From the NCBI GenBank assembly GCA_965204745.1, contig OZ242010.1:3584001-3648000 (forward strand): a stretch of 64,000 nucleotides of DNA, given 5' to 3'. This document shows, piece by piece, positions 1 through 7,293 of the stretch. A program made the translations under genes and the position numbers. The notes beneath the pieces are model-generated. The model ran no database searches. It saw only the letters and a list, made by a program, of their open reading frames with translations, and was not told where the DNA came from. The stretch is from Candidatus Latescibacterota bacterium. Lineage in GTDB: Bacteria; Latescibacterota; UBA2968. Within the stretch, counting starts at the first letter, position 1. Every line of letters begins with the position of its first letter.

Positions 1-12
1 GCGTTTATCCAT
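1..12 (-). CDS. 5' end (MDKR...) of a paralogous AAA-ATPase/PD-(D/E)XK gene running off the left edge
   Basis: 1-70 is a near copy of 3222-3292 (start codon, RBS and leader of the 1686-3233 gene); ATG at 12-10. Confidence 0.65.
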
Positions 13-205
13 CCTTTCCCCCTTCAAGAGCCGAATCTCGCGCCATCGGTCTTGGCGTGGCGGCGTTTTTCCGATTGCGCGGTTGTGTTTCCCGCTGATC
101 CATTTCTCTGCTCATATTGCAAGCGGTTAATGTGCCCAAGCCGAAGATACCACAATATATGCGGTCATGTATTTGGAGGGTGGTCATATCTACGGCTCGG
201 GGTTT

Positions 206-240
206 GCGTGTTGCAACTCTCACGCAGGTGCCACCTCGAA
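206..240. repeat. ~35-bp repeat, copy 1 of 3 (others 1616-1651, 1671-1706)
   Basis: GTTGCAACTCTCACGCAGRTGCCACCTCGAA; copy 3 is the 3' end of the AAA gene (FEVASA-stop). Confidence 0.9.
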
Positions 241-302
241 TTGCCTCTTGCCTCTTACCTCTTGCCTCTTACCTCTTGCTTCTTGCCTCTTGCCTCTCCC
301 CT
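241..302 (+). repeat. heptamer tandem array (CTTGCCT/CTTACCT/CTCCCCT family), interrupted by IS110 and continuing at 1598-1615
   Basis: visible 7-nt periodicity. Confidence 0.95.
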
Positions 303-318
303 CTTGTATCTTGGAAGT

Positions 319-515
319 AAGGGTTAATTAGGAGTTGCGCCCTCGTATCGAGATAAGCCATCTTGATGCCCGGCTCGGGGAAGGCCGGCCCCTCTTGAAG
401 GCGATGACCTTGTAGGTAAGATAGGCCCCCCGACCGCCGGGTCTATGCCGAAGAGTATCTAAGCCCCTTGAGGCTGCATATACAAGACCGGTAGACTTGG
501 CGTCAATGGTCGGGA
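319..515 (+). ncRNA. bridge RNA of IS110 copy 1 (target-binding loop ~371-436, donor-binding loop ~437-500); ends approximate
   Basis: guides CCCCTCT 389-395, AGGTAAG 414-420, AGAGTATCT 452-460 and ATACAAG 480-486 lie in two internal loops closed by stems; outer stem 358-370/499-510. Confidence 0.88.
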
Positions 516-571
516 CGCGACCCCGAGCGCGCACCAGATCCCTTACAACCCCCTCATCACAGGAGGCCCCC

Positions 572-1579
572 ATGTCGAAATCTCACCCCGCTTTTGCCGG
601 CATTGATGTCAGTGCCCGCACGTTGTCCGTTGCCCTGTCCAGACCCGGACAAGCTGTCATGCAAGCGACCTTTGCCAATGATCCCCAAGCCCATAAGCGG
701 TTGCTGAAGTGGCTCACGAAGGGCGGGCACATGGTCTCTGTGTGCCTCGAAGCGACCGGGCTTTACAGTTTGGGGGTGGCCTTGGCCTTGCATCGGCATC
801 GCCACACAAAGGTCATGGTCGTCAATCCCAAAGCGATGAGCAAGTACGCCCAAGCCTGCATGCAACGGGCGAAGACGGATGCGAAGGATGCGTTGTTGAT
901 CCTCGACTATGCCGAGCGCATGCCTTTTGTGCCTTGGCAAGCGCCGAGCGAGCAACGGCTTCAACTGCAAGCCCTCACCAGACGCATTGACCAACTCAAG
1001 CAGGAGATCATCCGCGAACAGAGCCGCAACCACGCGCAGAGCTACCACATCCGCAGCACACGTCTCATCGCACGCGATATTCAGGTGAATATTCGACACT
1101 TCAAACGCCGGATTGCATACTTGGAAAGCCAAGCCCTCGATCTCGTTTTGCACGATGAGCCCCTCAAGCGTGCCTACCAACGCCTCTGCTCGACGCCTGG
1201 CATCGCGCAAACGAGTGCCTTGCGGCTCTTGGCCGAGTTGACCCTTTTGCCAGAGGAGATGCAACCGCCCCAGTGGGTCGCACATGCAGGCCTGGATCCC
1301 AAACCCAAACAATCCGGAACCGCCAATCCACAAAGACGCATCTCGAAAACCGGGAATAAGTACCTCCGCCATGCCCTCTATATGCCTGCCTGGGTGGCCA
1401 TCAGACACGAAGGCCATGTCAAAGCCTTCTATGACCAACTCATCGCCCGCGGCAAGAAACCTTTGCAGGCTATCGTTGCGGTGATGCGAAAGTTGCTCCA
1501 TTCGATCTGGGGCATGTTGCGCCATGACCAAGATTTTGAGGGCGAAAAATTCTATCGAATCACCCCGAAAACCCCTTGA
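572..1579 (+). CDS. IS110-family transposase / bridge recombinase, 335 aa
   Basis: GIDVS, CLEATG, KTDAKDA (DEDD), KQSG serine loop, SKTGNKYLR, AVMRKL; RBS AGGAGG before ATG 572. Confidence 0.97.
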   Translation: MSKSHPAFAGIDVSARTLSVALSRPGQAVMQATFANDPQAHKRLLKWLTKGGHMVSVCLEATGLYSLGVALALHRHRHTKVMVVNPKAMSKYAQACMQRAKTDAKDALLILDYAERMPFVPWQAPSEQRLQLQALTRRIDQLKQEIIREQSRNHAQSYHIRSTRLIARDIQVNIRHFKRRIAYLESQALDLVLHDEPLKRAYQRLCSTPGIAQTSALRLLAELTLLPEEMQPPQWVAHAGLDPKPKQSGTANPQRRISKTGNKYLRHALYMPAWVAIRHEGHVKAFYDQLIARGKKPLQAIVAVMRKLLHSIWGMLRHDQDFEGEKFYRITPKTP

Positions 1580-1685
1580 CCTTTTAAGAGAGTATCTTGC
1601 CTCTTACCTCTTACCGCTGTGTTGCAACTCTCACGCAGATGCCACCTCGAATTGCCTCTTGCCTCTCCCCGCTGTATTGCAACTC

Positions 1686-3233
1686 TCACGCAGATGCCAC
1701 CTCGAAAGCCACCAAGTTGCGGGTCTTTTTGCTGAATGTCACCGCGATGAGATGAATCGGCAGGCCAGCGTCTCGATACTTGTCCGCGTAGTGCCGCGCT
1801 CGCAGTTGCGACAGGCCGATGCCCTCGGAGTCCGATTCGACCACTTTGAACTCGAACAAGTAGATGTTGTCGTTGAAACGCACCGCCATGTCCAAACGCC
1901 CGTGGCTGCTGCTGTCCTCTACGGTGATGTCTAGCCCCAGCGACGCAAAGTAGGAGTAGAACACACTGGCGTAGTAGCCTTCGTAGTCGGCGATATCGTT
2001 TTTCGTGTGCCACTGGTAGGGGATGCTGGCGAAGAATGCCTTGAACAGCGTCTCGAGGCCAGAAAAATCGTTGATGGACAGCAGTTTGTATAACTGGACG
2101 ATGTGCGCGGTCTGGGTGGACGCATTGTGTAGCAGGTGACGCAACAGGCTTTGGTTCAGGCTTTGGCGCACCTCTTGGTTGGGATACCCCAGTTGATAGA
2201 GGGGTTGCCCGACTAGGTCCTCCTCGTCCTGTATGGTCAGATAGCCGGTCTGAAACAACAGGGCTTCGGTAGCCATGTGGTCGATGTCAAAGGCCGACAG
2301 CAACTCGTCGGTGCCGATCATGCGCTCCAGATCAAAGGAACTGACTCTGCGTGCCATTAGGGTCTCGATGAGAAAGGTCGGCGTGGCGGTCTCGAACCAG
2401 TAGGCGCCGAACCGGCGGCGGCGAAAGAGCAACAACACATCAAAGGGGTTATAGACCCGCTCGTTCCCCAGCCAGTTGTAGCCATTGTACCAGCGGCGGA
2501 TTTCGTCGCGATCCAAGCCGGGAAGTTCCGGCGCAAACACCGCGTCCAGATCCGCGTCCGTGTACCCGCACAGTGCGGAGTAGCGCGGTTCGAGGGTGAT
2601 GTCGATGAGATTGTTGAGCCCAGAGAACAGGCTGACCTTGGAAAACTTGCTCACGCCGGTGAGGAACGCAAACTTGATATGTGCGTCGTTATCCTTGATC
2701 GTGGCGTATAGGCCGCGCAGAAAGTCGCGGTTGGCATGGGCGATTTCCGGCTCCTCAAGCGCGTCCAAAATCGGCTTGTCGTACTCGTCGATCAACACCA
2801 CAACCCGCTGTCCCGCACGCTCGTGCAATGCCTCGATCAGAAAGGCAAAACGCTCGGGGACTGTCGCGTACTCGGACTTCATGCCCGCCCGACGTTCCAC
2901 CGCGTCTAATTGTGCCATCAGATTCGCTTGTAGATAGCCCGGCTCTTTGAAGTTGCCGCTACCAAAACTCAGGCGCACCACCGGATAGCGAATCGACCAA
3001 TCCCAGTGGTCGTGGATGTCGAGCCCCTCAAACAGCGGCGCGTTGCCCTCGAACAATTCCTTCAGCGTGTCGAGAAACAGACTCTTGCCAAAGCGGCGCG
3101 GGCGCGAGAGGAAGTAGAGCTTGCCTTCATCGACCAACCGCTGTATGTAGGCGGTCTTATCGACATAGTAATGGTTCTGCTCGCGAATCTCGCGGAAGGT
3201 CTGAATGCCAATGGGCAGTTTGCGCTTATCCAT
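1686..3233 (-). CDS. AAA-ATPase-like protein with C-terminal PD-(D/E)XK nuclease domain
   Basis: KLPIGIQTF, SRPRRFGKS, LIDEYDKP, C-terminal GRLD...FEFK; RBS AAGGAGG. Confidence 0.93.
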   Translation of the reverse strand: MDKRKLPIGIQTFREIREQNHYYVDKTAYIQRLVDEGKLYFLSRPRRFGKSLFLDTLKELFEGNAPLFEGLDIHDHWDWSIRYPVVRLSFGSGNFKEPGYLQANLMAQLDAVERRAGMKSEYATVPERFAFLIEALHERAGQRVVVLIDEYDKPILDALEEPEIAHANRDFLRGLYATIKDNDAHIKFAFLTGVSKFSKVSLFSGLNNLIDITLEPRYSALCGYTDADLDAVFAPELPGLDRDEIRRWYNGYNWLGNERVYNPFDVLLLFRRRRFGAYWFETATPTFLIETLMARRVSSFDLERMIGTDELLSAFDIDHMATEALLFQTGYLTIQDEEDLVGQPLYQLGYPNQEVRQSLNQSLLRHLLHNASTQTAHIVQLYKLLSINDFSGLETLFKAFFASIPYQWHTKNDIADYEGYYASVFYSYFASLGLDITVEDSSSHGRLDMAVRFNDNIYLFEFKVVESDSEGIGLSQLRARHYADKYRDAGLPIHLIAVTFSKKTRNLVAFEVASA

Positions 3234-3435
3234 CCTTTCCTCCTTCAAGAGCCGAATCCCGCGCCAATCGGTCTTGGCGTGGCGGCGTTTTTTTCATTCT
3301 GCGTTTGCAAACAATATCGCCCCAACTATTGCTATGTTACTATATCGCGTCTGTTCTGACAAGGAGTAAGTCAGGGGTCAGCACATCCGCGCCAGAAAAA
3401 CCCCTCGCGATTTATCCTCTCATCGCAACGCTTAC

Positions 3436-3464
3436 TTGACGATTCGCCATTGACTGAGTATAAT
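3436..3464 (+). promoter_or_regulatory. sigma70-type promoter
   Basis: TTGACG-17 bp-TATAAT upstream of ORF 3611 and mod-res. Confidence 0.7.
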
Positions 3465-3610
3465 GGCTTAGCTACCACATTCAACTCGTTGCCCAGATCG
3501 CAGAGGGCGGAAATTAAAACGCATAGCAGAGGAGATAGACATGACTGGCAAAAAGGGACCCATTATGCGTCATCAAGCCTTAATCTCAGTGTTAATGAAA
3601 GGGATGGATT

Positions 3611-4132
3611 ATGACTGAAGCGAAACTCAAAGACACCCTGCGTTTGATGGTTCACCGCTATGGGTTTGAGCGGGTTGAACAATCTCTACATGAGATGCGT
3701 TCAGACCATCGACTCAAAAGCTCTAAGCAGGATAAAGTGCAATCGGTGTCGGGAACGGCGGCAAAGCCGAAAAAAAGGAAAGCAAAAGTGACCGCACCGA
3801 AATACGTGGCGAAAATGGAACTTTCTGCGGATCGGGAAGCCGCAGTCGTTGAGCTTGCGAAAAGGTTTGAGGACAAATGTTTTTTGCCAGCATTTGGCGA
3901 TATTAGAGAATTTTGCCAGATTTATCGCATTCCCGAACCGGCGTCCAAGTCTCGCGCCAGCGCCATCCCAAGAATTTTCAAGTTCCTAGCAACAATGGAA
4001 ATTGACGAACTCCAGAGAATCTTGGACAACGGGATGTTTTCCGGCCCGTCGCGGCTCGGGCCCATTGCGGACGCAATCCGGTACCACAGCCCGCGGAGAC
4101 AACCACAGAAGCCGATCAGCAAAACAACTTGA
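3611..4132 (+). CDS. hypothetical protein, 173 aa, directly upstream of type III mod
   Basis: clean ORF, lower GC, 8 nt before mod ATG. Confidence 0.7.
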   Translation: MTEAKLKDTLRLMVHRYGFERVEQSLHEMRSDHRLKSSKQDKVQSVSGTAAKPKKRKAKVTAPKYVAKMELSADREAAVVELAKRFEDKCFLPAFGDIREFCQIYRIPEPASKSRASAIPRIFKFLATMEIDELQRILDNGMFSGPSRLGPIADAIRYHSPRRQPQKPISKTT

Positions 4133-4140
4133 GGAAGCCC

Positions 4141-7100
4141 ATGACTGACATGACCTCATCTCGACCAAACAAAGTGCAACCTGCGCCCGGGGCAGGGGGA
4201 AAGCTCGACCGGTTGCGGGCGTTGTTGCGCGAGATGTTTCAACTCGACCGCGGCGATTTGGACTTTGGATTGTACCGGATCATGAACTTGAAGGCCGGCG
4301 AGATCGCGGCCTTTCTCGACGAGGATTTGTTGCCGCAGGTCAAGACCAAGTTGAATCTCACCAGCGAGGAGGAAATGGCCTCGCTCGAAGAAAACTTGGA
4401 TAACGCCCGCAAAGCGGCCCAAAAGTTGCGGGTCGATCCAGACACCTCGCCCTTGGTCCAAGAGTTGTACGCGCGGCTCGCGGAAATGCGGAAGGACGCG
4501 GCAGCCGAGGCCGATGTGTACAACCATCTCACCCATTTCTTCGCGCGGTATTACGCCGAGGGCGATTTCATCTCGCAGCGGCGTTACGCCAGCGGAGGGC
4601 ATGCGGCCTATCTGATCCCGTACGATGGCGAAGAAGTCAAGTTGCACTGGGCAAACGCAGAGCAGTATTACGTCAAAACGACCGAGAACTACGCGGCTTA
4701 TGCGTTCACAGTGGGGGCGGGCGACGCGAAAAAGCGCGTGCGCTTCGAGATCGCAACAGCGGATAACGAGAAGGACACTATCGCGGAACCGGCCGGCAAA
4801 CAGCGGCGGTTCGTGCTCGCAGGGGGGACGCGCGCCATTGCGGTCGACGAGGGCGATTTGATCGTGCGCTTCGCGCATCGGCCCCTAACAGACCGCGAAA
4901 AGAAGCGATGGGCGGGCAATGGGGTCAAGCAACAGGGGCGGATCAACGAGGCGATAGTTGCGCGCATCCTCAACGCGGTGACGCCGGACTGGCTGCCTTT
5001 GTTGGCCGCACCCGCGCCCACAGATGCCAATGGCGAGCGCACGGTGCTGGCAAAGCACGTCGAGCGTTATACGGCCAAGAATAGTTTTGACTATTTCATC
5101 CACGAGGATTTGGGCGGGTTTTTGCGCCGCGAGTTGGATTTGTACTTAAACTCGGAAGTGCTGAACTTGGACGATCTGGAACGAGGCGACGTCCTCCGCT
5201 TGGACAGGGCACTGGCGCGGGTGCGTGCAACGCGGTACATCGGCGGCAAGATCATCGACTTTTTGGCGCAGTTGGAGGCGTTTCAAAAGCAACTTTGGCT
5301 AAAGAAAAAGTTCGTGCTCGAGACACAGTGGTGCGTGACATTGGACCGCGTTCCAGACGCGCTATACGCGGAGATCGCCGCCAACACAGCGCAGTGCGCG
5401 GAATGGGTCGCGCTGTTCGCCGCCGATGAGATCGCGGGAGACCTGACCAATGGCAATACGACTTGGACCGACCCGCCGAGCGTGGCATTCCTCAAGGCCA
5501 ACCCCTATCTCGTGCTGGACACGCGACACTTTGACCGCGCGTTCAAGGACCGCCTGTTGACCGCGCTTTCCGATGCTGGCCCGCTAAGCGACCAGTTGGA
5601 CGGCCTGCTCATCCACGCCGAGAATTTTCAGGCGTTGAACCTGCTGCAAGCGCGGTATCAGGGGCAGGTGCAGTGCATTCACATCGATCCGCCATACAAC
5701 ACCCAAACGAGCGGCTTTATGTACAAGAACGGGTACCAGCACTCGAGTTGGCTCGCAATGATGCACAATCGCACAGAGGCCGGGATCGCACTGCTGAATG
5801 AGAAAGGGCATTTCCTGTGCCACATCGATGAAAATGAGTACGAAAAACTTTATATGCTGTTGGACTATATTGGGATTCCCGATGTCGGGACGATTGTTTG
5901 GGATAAGAGAAATCCCATGACTGGAGGCGGGGGAATCGCAACTCAGCATGAGTACATTGTTTGCAGGTCAAACTCGGATGATGCGATCCGGCTTCGGAAC
6001 GCCAACGTCAAATCTATCTTAAACAAAGCCAAAGAACTGGTGGACGAGCACGGTGGCGTGTCTGACGCGGCAAAAAGTGCATTTTCGAGTTGGGTATCAA
6101 AAAACGCCCGATTAACAGGGGGCGAAAGGGCATATCGCTATATTGACGAGGCTGAAAGGGTATATACAAGCGTGAGTTTGAGAGCACCAGAACCGAGAAC
6201 CGATCCAAAGTTTTTTGAGCCACTGATACACCCCTTGACCGGAAAACCCTGTGCAGTTCCACCTAATGGGTTTTCGCGTACGCCAGAGACACTCAAAGCA
6301 ATGGTTCGGCGCGGAGAAATTTTGTTTGGTTCCGATGAAACCACGCAACCTCGACAAAAGCGATTTCTCGAGGAAGGAACTGATCGGCAACTTTCCTCTG
6401 TGATTCAGGATGCCAAGAGAGGAAAAGCCGACCTCGATGGATTGGGCTTAGAGAACTTTCCCTATTGTCATTCGGTGTCCTTGTATGAAGAATTGTTGGG
6501 GGCTACGGCGCCTGACGCCAATGACATGGTGCTCGATTTCTTCGCCGGCTCTGGCACTACCGGGCATGCGGTCGTCAATCTCAACCGCGAGGATGGGGGG
6601 CGGCGCAAGTACGTTCTCGTGGAACTCGGCCACCATTTCGACACGGTGTTGTTGCCGCGCATGAAAAAGGTCGTCTATTCGCCGAATTGGAAGGATGGCA
6701 AGCCGGTGTCGCGCAATGGGATTACGCAACTGGTCAAGTACATCCGCTTGGAATCCTACGAAGATGCGATGGACAGTTTGGACATCGCGCCGCCATCAGC
6801 CGCACAAAAGGAGTTGCTGGCCGAAAATCCCGCGCTGGCCGAGGATTATCGGTTGCGCTACATGCTCGGCGTAGAGACGGCTGGCAGCGCGTCTTTGCTG
6901 GGCGAGGCGTTTGCCGATCCGTTTGCGTACACGCTCTCGGTCGTGCGCGATGGGGGGCGCAGCGAAGTCCCGGTCGATTTGCCCGAGACCTTCAATTTTT
7001 TGCTCGGCTTGCGCGTGGCGTCCCACCGGCAAATCGATGGCGTGCTCGCTATCGCGGGCACAGACGCCGAGCGCCGCGACTGCCTGATCCTCTGGCGCGA

Positions 7101-7293
7101 TTTAGACGCCATGGATCACGCCGCGCTAGACGCTTGGTTTGACCGCAACCGCGACCAATTCTCCGAATCGCTGGACGTCATCTACGTCAATGGCGACCAC
7201 ACCCTAAACGCCATGCGACCGCCGGGCGCGTCTTGGACCGCCGAGACCATCGAGCCTGTTTTTCGAGACCTGATGTTCATGGGAGAATCGTAA
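4141..7293 (+). CDS. mod: type III R-M methyltransferase (Mod), long form
   Basis: DLDFGLYRIMN N-terminus, HIDPPYN, DFFAGSGTT; stop overlaps res start (TAATG). Confidence 0.93.
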   Translation: MTDMTSSRPNKVQPAPGAGGKLDRLRALLREMFQLDRGDLDFGLYRIMNLKAGEIAAFLDEDLLPQVKTKLNLTSEEEMASLEENLDNARKAAQKLRVDPDTSPLVQELYARLAEMRKDAAAEADVYNHLTHFFARYYAEGDFISQRRYASGGHAAYLIPYDGEEVKLHWANAEQYYVKTTENYAAYAFTVGAGDAKKRVRFEIATADNEKDTIAEPAGKQRRFVLAGGTRAIAVDEGDLIVRFAHRPLTDREKKRWAGNGVKQQGRINEAIVARILNAVTPDWLPLLAAPAPTDANGERTVLAKHVERYTAKNSFDYFIHEDLGGFLRRELDLYLNSEVLNLDDLERGDVLRLDRALARVRATRYIGGKIIDFLAQLEAFQKQLWLKKKFVLETQWCVTLDRVPDALYAEIAANTAQCAEWVALFAADEIAGDLTNGNTTWTDPPSVAFLKANPYLVLDTRHFDRAFKDRLLTALSDAGPLSDQLDGLLIHAENFQALNLLQARYQGQVQCIHIDPPYNTQTSGFMYKNGYQHSSWLAMMHNRTEAGIALLNEKGHFLCHIDENEYEKLYMLLDYIGIPDVGTIVWDKRNPMTGGGGIATQHEYIVCRSNSDDAIRLRNANVKSILNKAKELVDEHGGVSDAAKSAFSSWVSKNARLTGGERAYRYIDEAERVYTSVSLRAPEPRTDPKFFEPLIHPLTGKPCAVPPNGFSRTPETLKAMVRRGEILFGSDETTQPRQKRFLEEGTDRQLSSVIQDAKRGKADLDGLGLENFPYCHSVSLYEELLGATAPDANDMVLDFFAGSGTTGHAVVNLNREDGGRRKYVLVELGHHFDTVLLPRMKKVVYSPNWKDGKPVSRNGITQLVKYIRLESYEDAMDSLDIAPPSAAQKELLAENPALAEDYRLRYMLGVETAGSASLLGEAFADPFAYTLSVVRDGGRSEVPVDLPETFNFLLGLRVASHRQIDGVLAIAGTDAERRDCLILWRDLDAMDHAALDAWFDRNRDQFSESLDVIYVNGDHTLNAMRPPGASWTAETIEPVFRDLMFMGES

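Larger units (their letters stand above)
303..1597 (+). mobile_element. IS110-family (IS621-like) insertion sequence, copy 1; CT core at 303-304 and 1596-1597
   Basis: ends defined by comparing three copies; non-coding left end plus DEDD recombinase; no long TIRs. Confidence 0.95.

Noticed and set aside
306-313. GTATCTTG at both IS110 junctions as an 8-bp target-site duplication
   Set aside because: The guides place the crossover at a CT core; GTAT at each end belongs to the donor arms, and only the CT-core model restores a regular heptamer target.
557-1531. 324-aa antisense ORF within IS110 (also 11694-12638, 18466-19410)
   Set aside because: Shadow frame of the transposase with no recognisable motifs; its recurrence just reflects the IS copies.
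206-1706. CRISPR array (35-bp repeats containing GTTGCAAC)
   Set aside because: Spacers are low-complexity heptamer tracts of unequal length, one repeat is a gene's coding end, and no cas genes are present.
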